A DNA stretch of 64,000 bases from assembly GCA_905178155.1 (NCBI GenBank), contig CAJINV010000008.1:2356001-2420000 (forward strand), in the 5' to 3' direction. The first letter of the stretch is position 1. Each line of letters opens with the position of its first letter. This document shows positions 12,997 through 24,820 of this stretch, piece after piece. The notes beneath the pieces are model-generated. The model worked only from the letters and a program-made list of their open reading frames with translations, did no database searches and was not told the origin of the DNA. This DNA is from Amoebophrya sp. A120 (taxonomy: Eukaryota; Protista; Dinoflagellata). A program made the translations under genes and the position numbers.

Positions 12997-14337
12997 ATGT
13001 CCTCGAGCAATCACCTCTCGGCCGCTGACGGGGAGCGGCTTTTTCTACCCCCAAACGGCGAGGAAGGCGTGCCGGAGGAAGCTTTTCTCGACGAGCAAGG
13101 GCTAGCTGGGCAAATGTCTGAATTTCTGGCCCCGCCGCCGGTTCGCCGCAAACTCACCATCCGGTACGGATCCTCCCTGAAACTGATAAGTGCCGCCTCC
13201 GAATTACTCTCCAACGAATTCAAGCAGGATCCCGAAGAAGGCTGGGCAGAACGGCCGTTGCTGTTCGTCATCGTCGAGTTAGATAGCGTTCCCGCCTGTG
13301 CGGCCCGGGTGCAAGTCGACTTTCCGGGAGTTGTTGCAGGGGCAGATATGCTTATGCAGGCAGAAAACGCACTTCGAGACGGGCGCGGAGATGATGTTTT
13401 TGGTGCTGAAGGTGAAGCAAAACGTCGACGCAACAGCTTCAGTCCGTTTGGTAGAACTTCCACTAGACACGACGACGAGACGAAGATGACAGGAACACAG
13501 GATCTGGATCATGTAGTTGGCGCTACTGGAGCAACAAGCAGTGTTGGTGCTGCTAGTGCGAGCGCGAGCGGAAGTCGATCAGGTCCCGGGGGCGGCGCGG
13601 ACAGAGAACCGGGTCGTGGTTCATCAGCATCGTCATCAGCTATAAAAATCTCAGACAAAATGCTGGATAATACCGCAGGTCCAACATCAACTACTTCCAC
13701 ATCACCATCTGCGCCCCAGCGCCGCATCATTGTCGAGTACATGCACACACTGGATGCGTACCAGAAATTGGGTCTGGGGTCGCGACTGGTCACTTTCCTG
13801 ATGTCGGTCGCCGACATGGAGCAGGCAGACTTTCTGCTGGTATCCACGGAGGAGGCGCAGTCGTTCTGGAACGCCAGAAAGGGGTTGGTGCTGGAGCAAT
13901 CACTGGCGCTGAACCGGAAATACAACACGTACAACGACACACTGCTGCTAAAACTCCGCAGCAACCGGTTCGGCGCGCCGGTTTCGCAGGCCGTCAGTGA
14001 CGAGATGAAGGCTTTTCTCGAGCAACAGAGGCTGAACGCGGAGGAGGAGGAGGAGGAGGCCGATGACAGTGGCGACGGTGACGAGGAGGAGGAGGAGGAA
14101 GACGAAGATGGAGAGGACGCAAATAATGGACCGCCAGAAGAAGAGGATGAGCAACTTCAGTTGGCGCTGGCAATGAGCCTGCAGGAAGGACGAGATGGGA
14201 ACGCGGAAGGACGCACTATCAATCCGCCTCCTAGGCACCCAGGAGGAGTACTTGTTGAGCAACATCAACAGCCGCAACAGGACAATACAGACGATGAACT
14301 CGCAGAAGCCATACGACGGAGCCTGGAGAGCCAGTGA
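12997..14337 (+). CDS. GNAT-family acetyltransferase with two C-terminal ubiquitin-interacting motifs
   Basis: Acetyl-CoA motif VEYMHTLDAYQKLGLGSRLV and AQSFW. UIM-like EDEQLQLALAMSLQE and DDELAEAIRRSLES. ATG at 12997 chosen within ORF 12847. Confidence 0.7.
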   Translation: MSSSNHLSAADGERLFLPPNGEEGVPEEAFLDEQGLAGQMSEFLAPPPVRRKLTIRYGSSLKLISAASELLSNEFKQDPEEGWAERPLLFVIVELDSVPACAARVQVDFPGVVAGADMLMQAENALRDGRGDDVFGAEGEAKRRRNSFSPFGRTSTRHDDETKMTGTQDLDHVVGATGATSSVGAASASASGSRSGPGGGADREPGRGSSASSSAIKISDKMLDNTAGPTSTTSTSPSAPQRRIIVEYMHTLDAYQKLGLGSRLVTFLMSVADMEQADFLLVSTEEAQSFWNARKGLVLEQSLALNRKYNTYNDTLLLKLRSNRFGAPVSQAVSDEMKAFLEQQRLNAEEEEEEADDSGDGDEEEEEEDEDGEDANNGPPEEEDEQLQLALAMSLQEGRDGNAEGRTINPPPRHPGGVLVEQHQQPQQDNTDDELAEAIRRSLESQ

Positions 14338-14842
14338 TTCCAAACTCTCAACTACAAGCGAAAAATTTTAAAGCTGGTACTCACCATTCCCTTTCGGGTT
14401 CATAAGATGCAAGAGGATCACGAGCATGAGCAAGCAGCGAGCTGCTCGAGGTCCACTATATCCTGCAAGCTGCAAAGAAATTCTTGATTGTGCAAGCACG
14501 CTGCAATGAAATTCTTCTTTAGTCCTCGCTCAATCTTTGTTCCCTGAAGTTGCGCGGTTGAAGATGAGCAAGGAGCGATTCAACTGAGAGCAGAGTTGTT
14601 TCAGCGAAAGCAGGAATGATCTTTGCCTGCGAAAGTGAGCATGTATCTCTATTTGCGGGGTCAGTACTGAACAAGTCTCATGATCGCTGAATCGGTCCGG
14701 CGAAATCTTAAGCCTGAGGATTATCTTTGGTGTCACTTTTATCATCTTCAAGATCTAAATGTGCTCAGGTACACTCCTTCTTTGATTTGATTTGATTTCA
14801 GCAAAGTAAGTACGTTTTTGGTTATCAGGATTGTGCCTCGTC

Positions 14843-17800
14843 ATGAGTCTTTTCATTGCAAAGGCTGCCGGGTTTCAGAAGCTGCGGGCTCCAAACCGCT
14901 TGCGGTGGTCTGTTGGTCGAGCCCCACTGTTTCTGATGATCCTCGTCCACCTTCTCTTGGCGCATTCCTTTATCCTGTGCAAAAGTATCGTACTCGTAGT
15001 AATCGCAGCCATGCATTAAAAATCTTCATTCCAAGGCAAAACAGCATGACAAATTCCATTTGTAATGCTGAGCTAATTTGTATTGCAATTACTACTAGTG
15101 CGATACTTTTGCAGTTCATATCCTGCGTTCTTGCGGTACAATCTGCAGGGGGTGGCAGAACCAAGGAAAACGCGGCGAGTTTTCCTGCAGATGGTACTTA
15201 CATCTGGACCTGTTGGCGAGCTTGACGATGTTGATGATTATGATGATGATGATGATGATGATATCCTCACACAAATAAGACTGCCGCAAAGCTGTGACAT
15301 CATTCATATCATGGCCACGTCGTTTGTGGTTATTCTCTCTCCTTTCATTCATCTTCCATCGACGTTCAGAAGATTGATATGTAGCGTGACCTGGATTGCT
15401 TTGCCTGTCAAAGAAACTTTTTCGATCTTCTATAGTTTTACGACAGTTTCAACAAAGGACGACAGGACCAGCATTGCACTAGACCAGAATTATGATCGAG
15501 CTTTGTGTTTCTTTTTCTGGTTCGGTTTCGCTTGCATTGATTCACACTGTCACCGGCTCCTGTTGTGTTTCTGTCAGCGCATGTTCTTCAATATCCATTT
15601 CTGTGAGTGTGCGAGATCCCAACAACACAACTTCAGGATCGAACACGACCCAAGTTGTTATTCCGGAGTCAAACTCTTCACCGACCTGGTCCTGGACTTC
15701 GTTTCTGACCCACCTCGGCTTCGGGTTTCCGTCCGTTTCGCCGCCACTTGATCTGTCGCCTGGAAACGAAAGCAACTCCACGCGGGGACCACATGGCATG
15801 CTGCGGAGCAAGAAGACACCATCGGGATATGTCGCTGCGGCGGCAAATTTCTTCGAGTGGTTGGCCTCGTTGTTCGTGCACGGTCTCTACTCTGACGAAC
15901 CCGACGAGGCGCAGCTCGTTGTGACATCAAACAAAACCTATGTAGGAGGCCGCGGTGAAGGACACGGTGGGAAGAAACCGCCCGGCTCAGCGTCGATGGA
16001 AGATTCCAGGTCGCATAATCCGCAGGATCATGGGATTGTGGAGGATCATATGCTTTCATCTCGGAGCAGTACCACGTCTGGGACTCTGTCGCCGCCTGAT
16101 CGGATTGAGCATGACGAATTGTATGGTGTATCCGGGCAACTGGAATACAACAGCGTCGACAAGGACGACGGGGCAGCAACCCGGCGCAGTGCAGACGGGC
16201 GTACCGTGATCAGCTCCTTTCTGGAGGAAGAGCACATCGAAACAAATATGGTGATTTCCAACTTGGACGTGGAACGGGAACGGCACAGTGCTGGAAATTT
16301 TCCCGCTCACGATCTCGTTCCAGGCGAAACGAGCCCGGATCCAGCGTCTGTGCCGTCAGCGACCGCACAGATTTCCCCGGCGACGGCGCCAACTGCTGGG
16401 AGACCGATGCAACCCCGGCCACCTGATGACCTGCGCGTCGCACTTCAGCTCTACGAGAAGTGCGCAGTAGCTTGGCCGTTGGACCCGGAGCTAGAAGTGG
16501 TGCAAGGGGATCGTAATGAGACAGCCGCATCAACAGCAACAGCAAGTAGAAGAAAAACGCGCCGTCTTGTTTCGGTATCGCCGCCATCTGGGGAGGGAGA
16601 AGGAGCATCCACGTCCTGGGTCTGTGCGTGCGAAGGCGGAGACGTAGAAGCACAGGCGGCAAGTGGTATAAGTCCTGGGACTACTTCCAGCGGCGACATT
16701 AATATTTCCACTTGCCGCGGTATTCCGATGATTTATAAAATTGACAAGAAGAAGACGGGCGGTTGGAAAAACCGTGGTGTCGAGATCGTAACAAAATTCC
16801 AACATCACGTCAGCCCAGCAGTCGGCGCCGGCGAAATGATTGAGGTAAGCTCTACGTTCTGCAAACATTTTCTGAACTACGAGCAGAACAAAGATTACAA
16901 GCTGAATAAATGGGAATGCGCGCTCACGGCAGCAGCCGCACAAAAGGGAGTGCTCAACTCCCTCATGCTCAACGACTTCTTGTCGAGTGCCACTTCTTTC
17001 CGCCGAAGCGAGGGCGCGTTTTGCTGCATGGCACCAGCAGTACCACAGATGTCGCAGGACACCGGAGAGGACATCGCGGAGCTAACTTGCGGGGCGCTAG
17101 ATGCGCGAGGAGCTATTCTCGATAGCGCCAGGAAAAGCCAGGACGGAGTACCCTTGAGGGCGGTTACCAATGGTCATGATTTAGCTTCGATCCTGCGTGT
17201 CGAGACTCTGCCAGAAAGGTTTTCGGCTGGGAAGTACCACGAGGAGTCAACACTCGAAGGTGGTCCATTCGCCGTGTGTTTGCCTTCCGGAGAGAGCTCT
17301 GCGGAGGAGTTTTTTAACGACGTCATCGGTTATCATTGGTCTGATGAAGCTGATAGCGATCCGAACACAGCACCTACTGAGGATGATGTCGCGGCCGTAG
17401 CGGACGGCAAAATGGATCCGATCATCCAGCTTCTGACGGCGATGGTTGACAATTTGCGCGATGTTGGGGACACCAGCGAGTCCACTTTGAAGAGATTCGC
17501 AGAGACGCACGCATTCCATCGGAATGTAATGAGTCGCAGCGTACTCGTGCGACACGTAAACAACAAAATCCGCCTGGCGGTGGTCGATTACGCCGCTTCC
17601 TGCTGTCCGCGATCGCGAATGGCGGTAGACGCATGCAGCACCGGTGAGAAGAGCGAGCGCATCGTGAAAGTTTGCTCAGAATTGACGAAAGCGGAGGCGG
17701 GGAAATTTGAACCGGCCGGGACTTGGGATTACTGGTCCCCGGATCACTTCACTCTATCACCGCTGATGAGCAGCAAACCTTCGCTTTTTAATGCAGAACG

Positions 17801-20800
17801 TGGAGACCGATTTTCCTGGGCGATTATGACAGTGTCCGCGATTCTATCTGTGTGCGGATGGGTTCCGGCACACACGGACATCGAACGCCACGCCCGCTCC
17901 ACCCTGCTATTCGGGTTTGGCGAGGATCCCGACAGGGGTCCAGCCGAGAGCTACCCCTCGAAGGACAACTACCACAAACTCATGGCGGTGCAAACAGAGG
18001 ACGGTGCGCCGGGTGGGGCCGTTTGGAAAAAGTCTGACACGAACGGCGACGGTGTCGCGCTTTTGAACAAGCTCGCAAGTACTATCGAGCGGAAGGGCGA
18101 CGACGAGCAGGAGCAGGAACTACTCGGTGAAGTCGCGAGGCGCGAGATCATGGCACGGTGCAGCAAGTTCGGGAAAAAGATGCACGCGGATTATTGGGGA
18201 AAGAAACGCACAGAACGGCTGAATGTCGAGAAAATCACGGCAGCAATAGACGCAGCCATGTCCATTGTCATGGATGGAGAATCCGGCTGGGCTGCCGTTG
18301 CCAAAGGACTGCTTGGTATAGCGCCTGGCGAAAGAATCGACGTGGCAGGAGGGTCTGGAACTGGAAGTGCGAAGGTGAAAAAATGGCCAACGCGATACAT
18401 GTGGGGCACGCTATCTCCGGACCCGATGTCTCTTCTCGATGGCCACGCCACCAATAGCGAAACGGCGCTCACCGTGTCAGCTGTTTCAACCTCGGGGACG
18501 CAACCTGACACCAACAGCACCCAAGATGAAAACACAGGATCACAAGCGACTAGCGGAACAGTCCACGGAGACCTCGATGATGACCTACGTGTCGCACTAC
18601 AGCTCTACGAGCGCTGCGCAGAAAATTGGCCAGGTGACGACAGAAGTGATACGCCTTCAAGTAGATTAGCGCGACTAGTTTGGGTATTACCGCCATCGGA
18701 GAATGACGGCGCTGAGCAGGTCGCTGTGTATCTGAGAAAAAATGCCAGCAGTAGCACTGTGCACCAGCACCACCACGAATTAAGATGCAGTGCTGGAATA
18801 CAAATAAGTATGATAAAGAAAGACTCTAGCATGTTGTCATGCCCATGCGTATTAGTTCTACGTACTACAGGCGCAGGGGCAGGAGCAGGACTCTTAGACG
18901 TAGTACTTACTACTTGTACTACCAGACTTGTTGAGAACGCTACTTGGACGCAAGGAGTCTTTCGTTCTGGAAAAATTCATGAATAGTGACAGCGGTGGTC
19001 ATTAGTTTTTTCTGTTTCATATTGTGGACGTCGTGGATAGTAGAAGGGAAAGTATCCATTCATCGGGAACTACAACCATCTCATGGCTTTGCGCGTGCGA
19101 AGGCGGACCGGTTACCGCTGACGGTCCCTCATCTGCTTTGTACAAAAATACGACCGGTCCCTCTGAAAGCTTTCACTGCCGCGGGACTACATCAATTTAC
19201 AAAGTTAAGAGCCAGGAGTGGAGCAGTATGCGGATCAGGGGCGCTAGTGGCTTGAGCGGCGTCGAAAAGGTAAAAAAGTTCACGCACGTCGAAGAGGGCC
19301 CCAGCTCCTGTGGTGGTTCATCGGCAGAATGATTCAGAGCAGTTACACGCGCTGCACACATTTTTTGGACAGCCAAGAGGACGACGGTAAAAAGGCAAAC
19401 CAGCGGGAGTGCGCACTCACGGTTGCAGCCGCAAAGAAAGGAGCTCTCCGCGGCCTCGTCGCCGACAGCCTCCCGGCGAGCAGCGTTGTTTCTTCCCAAA
19501 AAAGCGATGCATTTTGCTGCAGCGTCCCAGCAGGAGAGGTACCAACGCAGGAGTTCGACGACAGCACTGATCATCTAACCTGTGGAGCGCTGCATGCGCG
19601 GGAAGCCATTTTTGGTGTTGCGCAGAAAAGGGATGCGGCGGTGATGAGCACCGGCTATGATTTGGGTTCGCTTCTGGGCGTCGGTGGTCTGCCAGAACAG
19701 TTGATGGCTGGTAGGTACAACGGGAGTACCAGTACAGTCGACGACGCTTCTCCCTTCGCCCTGTGCATGCCGACTGGGGGTGATGTCCTGGTGCATGAGT
19801 TCCTTAGCGATGTACTTAATGACGAGCCACCTACTGATGACGATACTTCCGCCCTAGCGGGTCAGAAAATGGCCCGAATCGTCAGCTTTTTGGCTGCAGC
19901 GACCGACAATCTGCGCACGACCATAGCGGACGTGGACAAGGGATCATCGTCCACTTTGAAGAAATTTGCGGAAACAGGCGCATTTCATCGGTCGGCATGG
20001 GAGAATAAGAATAACGTACGCGTGACGGAGCAGGTCGACGGCAGCCTCCGGCTGGCGTTGGTCGGCTACCGCGCGGCTTGCTGTCCAAGATCGCAGATGG
20101 CAGTGGACGCCTGCAGCGCTAAGAAGCATGAGCAGATCATGAAAGTTTGCAGGGAGTGGGAACCGGGATGGGAGCCGGCTGGCATCTGGACTCACTGGTC
20201 ACCTGATCACTTCCAGACAGCAGGGGAGGAAGTAGCGGGCAGCGAACCTTCACACTACTTTAGCGCACAGAGCGGGGACCGATTCTCTTGGGCGGTCATG
20301 ACGATCTCTTCCATTCTATCTGCTTGCGGATGGGTGCCGGGGCTCGACCAGAAAGACTTAAATAACGCCCGCGCCACCCTGCTGTTCGGCTTCGACGAGG
20401 ACCCCGACAAGGGCCCTGACGAGACCCATCGTCCCTCGAAGGACAACGCCGTCAAGCTCCTCTCGGTCAAGACAGGGGACGGTGTCCCGGCGGGGGCTGT
20501 GTGGCAGACGTCCGACCAAAATGGCGACGGCGTTGCGCTGTTGAACAAGCTTGCAAGCATCGAGGGGGACGGCGACGACGAGCAGGGGCGGAAATTTGGT
20601 GAGGTTTCGAAGCGCGAGATCATGGCCCGGTGCAGAAAATTCGGGAAGAAAATGAAGGACGTGAACATCTGGGGGAATGTAACATGGCACCAGCCCCCGA
20701 ACGTCGAGAAGGTCGCGGCAGCTATCGAATCTTCGTCCATTTCCACCGTCATCGACGGGGAATCTGGCTGGGCTGCAATTGCCAAAGCGCTTCTTGGCGT

Positions 20801-20897
20801 AGAGAACGAAAGCACTTCGGGAGCAGAAACTGGAGCCGCAAGCACGCACGCGAAGAAATGGTCAAAGAGGTACGAGTGGGGCATCATCAACGCTTAA
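14843..20897 (+). CDS. Putative secreted protein with two tandem divergent kinase-like (pseudokinase) domains; second copy frameshifted or interrupted
   Basis: Removing introner 14971-15120 gives the signal-like APLFLMILVHLLLAHSCVLA. A phase-compatible GT-AG intron at 15194-15636 links to ORF 15492. Kinase C-lobe motifs FHRN, VVDYA, GTWDYWSPD and DRFSW are repeated in ORF 19329. Confidence 0.6.
14971..15120. mobile_element. Introner family A (TIR tgcaaaagtatcgtact)
   Basis: Direct repeat tcctt/tcctg (4 of 5 match). TAT...ATA ends. TIR tgcaaaagtatcg / cgatacttttgca. Confidence 0.85.
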
Positions 20898-21446
20898 ACG
20901 TCCATGCTATTACGCATTGTTTCGAACTTGGCCAATTCTATGACGACGTCATAGAATTGGCGGGCTTCAGTTTCTTGTTCTTCATAATAATACTCAACCA
21001 AGTTGATAAGGCACGGTAGTTTCAGCGTTGGTGATAGAGATAGTCCGAAAAGTGTAGCTGCTGTAGCTACAATTTTTACAATTCCCTCGTCGACGTCGTT
21101 GCTGTTCATCTTTCAGTGTCCTTTGAGCCAGGAGGGTGCCTATAGAAAATCAAATTACTGCCATGTTTGTTTCTTTCAATCAACGAGAGAGGCCAGAGCC
21201 TGAGAACCGCGTGGACGACAGTACCAGTAGAGTGGAGATCATGAGCGACTCACATGATAGCGCGACACCGCCAGATCTTTGTACTAGGGATAAAATCTGC
21301 TACTTATACGCAACCGCATTTAGTAGATTCAACGGTTCGTAGTTCCTCGTAGTAGAACTTGATCTCGTCTGTGGCGGTTCTCTTTCTGTACCACGAAGCA
21401 ACGTCCTCGTCCTTTGGTACTACTCGAAACAAGATCATCTGAGACT

Positions 21447-24400
21447 ATGGGCCAGTACAACAAGGCCACGAGTCTCTTCTGGAAGATGATCTTCCTCTGG
21501 AGCTTTCTCGTTTTCCGAGTTGCAAGGTGTTTCCAGGCTGTCGGGCCTGTTGCAGCGGATGGACCTTCGACGATTTCGGGATCAGGAAGCAGACCATTGT
21601 CTCCAACGAGTACTTCAGTTCCTCTTGGCGATGACAGCGAAGGCGGGGGCAGTCCCGCGTCAGCCGCTGCATCTTCGACAGGTTCTTGCGCTCCCACGTG
21701 CGCAATCTGCCTGCTGCCTCTCGACCGGAGGAAAAGGTTCCTGGAAAGCGAGTGCAGGGGTTGCTCGATGACGATGGCCATGGCTAGGGCATCTGCCTCG
21801 GAAGTGCAAATGGCCAGAGGCATGATTTCATCTAGTTCCGCTGTAACACGATCAGATACTGGCGCGCCAGTCAGCTTTCTGGCGGGCTTCGTATCCGAAG
21901 ACCGGTGGGAGCAACAACAGCAGCAAAGTGTGTCGCGACATGAAGTGCCACGACACCAGCGTGACCGGGCATTTCCGTTGCAGACGCGACAATGGCTTCA
22001 TGCCTTCCTGGACACCGTTGCGCCGCTGGACCGGAGCAGGAGGGCCAACGCTTTGCCGACGGACACAGCCGAAGATATCGATAATTTTCCCGGCGGTGCT
22101 CCTGGTACTACCGGCAGCAGGAGCAGTTCTGATCGAACCACAATTACTGCTAGTGGTGCTTCGTCCTCCTCGGGCGCCAACGGCGCGTCCGCTGCGACTT
22201 CCTCTTCCCCAGAGGCTGGTACAGGACCTGCAAGCGAGATCAGGGACGGAGTGGTTCCCGAGACGAACGACAATCCAGTTCCTGAGGACCGGTCACGACC
22301 AAATGGCGCTGCAGATGGGAACACGAATGGTCAGGGAGAAGAAGCAGCTGTCATCGGCGTCGACAACATCGAGGACGAAGAAAACGATCGGATGATCATC
22401 CGTGGAGTGGCCTGCGGGGCAAGAAATAACGGACCACCGTCAGCGAAAGGCCTGGCGACAGCGTCCTCGTCCTCTTCTAGTACCCAGCGGGCTGCAATAC
22501 AACCCGATCCGCCCAACCTGCACTGCAAAACCCACGCCTTCCACACGGACTGCATTTGGCGCTGGATCCGACAGGAGCTGAATTCCGGCTTCCCGCTATC
22601 GTAAGGAAAAATCCCCCCTCCCCACATTGAAATCGTATCCTTCTGAAAATTTGTGATGCGCATTTGTTACCTCAAATCCTGTCTGTCCTGCAAGAAGGCA
22701 AGTCCAGAGAGCGCCCCGCATTTTGCAGGCGGTTTGTGATGCTGTTGGGCTTAGAGCATACGCGTTTGCCTCCATGCTAGGCGCCTACGTCAAAACCTCT
22801 CGGCTGAGGCTCAGCCTATGCCTGCAGTCCTCTACTGGAAGACAAATCTGATTTGTGTACGGAAAGCCAGCGTCAGAAACTTCGTTTTCGATATGGGGAG
22901 GGGGATTTTTCCTCTTGATACCCGCCCCGGTGTCCGGTATGCCGCAGCTCGATCCCGCGCGGAACCTGCATTCACGTGCGGGACCTGTTCTGGGATCTCG
23001 CGAAGAAGGGCGAGCTGCCGCGGGAGTGCCTGTCCGACGAGGAAAAACGAGTGCTGAACCAATCAGAAGCACGGGCGAGAAACAGCTACCGCTGCTACAA
23101 CATCGACGTGCGCTTCCGTACGGGCTTCCTGGAAACGCTAGACCGTGCCATGCGGACTCGCGTTGCGGCTGCACAGAGAGGGCAACAGCGGGCGGGCAAT
23201 GGAGGCAGTGGTGGAGTTGGGCTTCACGTAGGAAACAACCAGAACAGCCCAGCAGCCGTCGCGCGGCGAGAACGACTGGCGGAGAGAGGACAAGCAACTG
23301 CTGAGTATGTCCCTCTAACCACGAGCACCGATCCACGCGAGCAGCCGTCGCGGACTGCGCACGAGCAGGCAGTGCGGGACCGCATTGCTCGCGAACAACA
23401 GGCCGACGACGAATTCTATGCGTGTTTGTGGGTAGTGTTCTGTGGCCTTTGCGAGCCCATATGGAACGGCTCCTGGTGCCCCGGGCCACCTGGTAGTTCA
23501 GGAAACTACGATGCAGTCGGAAACGACAGCGCCGCAGCTGCGACCCCGGGGCAGCTGGAACCACAAATAGAACGAAGCCAAGTTACCGGAGCCGAAATCA
23601 CGGCAGGAGCTCCTTCTGGCACCAATCGGCCAGGAGGACGAGGAAGTGCCCGGGTATCTTCATCGGGTGCGACGCGCAGCAATGCGACAGGTGCGCGCGC
23701 CTTACTTGGAGGTGGAAATAACAATAATTCCGACGGAGAACAAGTAGAGGTAGACCAAGACCACGACGAAGATGACCCGAACTCCCGCACGGCCATCGTC
23801 CGTCGGGGGTGTTCCAGGTGTTGCGAGAAGCTCGCCCGGTGCGCCACTTTTATGAGCGAGCGCGTCGAGCTTGCGGGCGCAGTGTGCGGAAAGGTGGGGG
23901 AGTTTTTCGGAATGTTGCTCCTCGTTTTTGCAATGAACCCGTGCTGTTGGTGTTTCGCGATCCTCGGAGCTATCATCTACGTGGGGCAGGAACAGTCCCG
24001 GGAGCACGCACGGATGCTGCAGGACCGGGAACACTGTCTGAACGTGATTTGGCCGAACTACACTGTCTTTCCCGTGGCGCTGAATTCGGATGATAGCGAC
24101 TACCTGTTCGGGGGCTGTAGCGACATTCCGGCGAGCGACTGCCCGCCCGTGAAATACTTTGTGAATAAGGACAGCTTTTTGCTCCGGGAGATCAAACAAG
24201 CGGCCGGGGTTGCATCTACATCTAGACCTGACAATGCAAATCATGCACTTGTTGCTGAAGATGTTGTAGTTGCCAGAGATCATGAACATGATGATCTTGC
24301 AGCGGCACACGAAGCAGCAGAGCGCCGACACCCTCAGCGAGAGCATGAGCAGAAGGACGGCGTCGTGGTAATTGACGATGACGACTATGACAGTACAAAT

Positions 24401-24820
24401 GCACGCCGGCGACGCTTCTACCACTACGTGAGCAACGAGCAGGCAATGAGAAATTTGCTCCAGCACATGCAACACGATACAAACTGGAGTGACCAGCGAA
24501 TATTAGACTTTCTCCAAAAAGTCTCCGCGCAAGAGCTGCTACTCTACTGCTTCGGCAAGCCAACCGAAAGTGCGTTCGAGGAGCTGCTCACACGAGGGGC
24601 GCTGAAGCAGCGGCGGCTGCGGAACCGGGGCAGAACGAGAGTTCGCAACAGTTATACCGACAGCGACGTCGCGCGCGTGCATGACAAGATAGAAGACATC
24701 ATCATCGACGAAGAGGCGACGCGGCAGTTACAGGAGAGAACAGACTACAACACTGGCGTTCCAGTAGCCAGTCTGCTCAGAAGACGACCGACGGCAGGCA
24801 CAAGGAGTGCTGGTGCTTAA
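21447..24820 (+). CDS. Membrane-anchored RING-H2 (C3H2C3) protein, putative E3 ligase
   Basis: CAIC at 21699, then CKTHAFHTDCIWRWI, then CPVCR after removing introner 22597-22920. N-terminal hydrophobic stretch and a TM-like segment FFGMLLLVFAMNPCCWCFAILGAIIYVG. Confidence 0.7.
22597..22920. mobile_element. Introner (TIR ggaaaaatcccc)
   Basis: Direct repeat cccgc at 22592-22596 and 22921-22925. TAT...ATA ends. aggaaaaatcccccctcccca pairs with tggggagggggatttttcct. Removal gives ...SGFPPRCPVCR. Confidence 0.9.
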
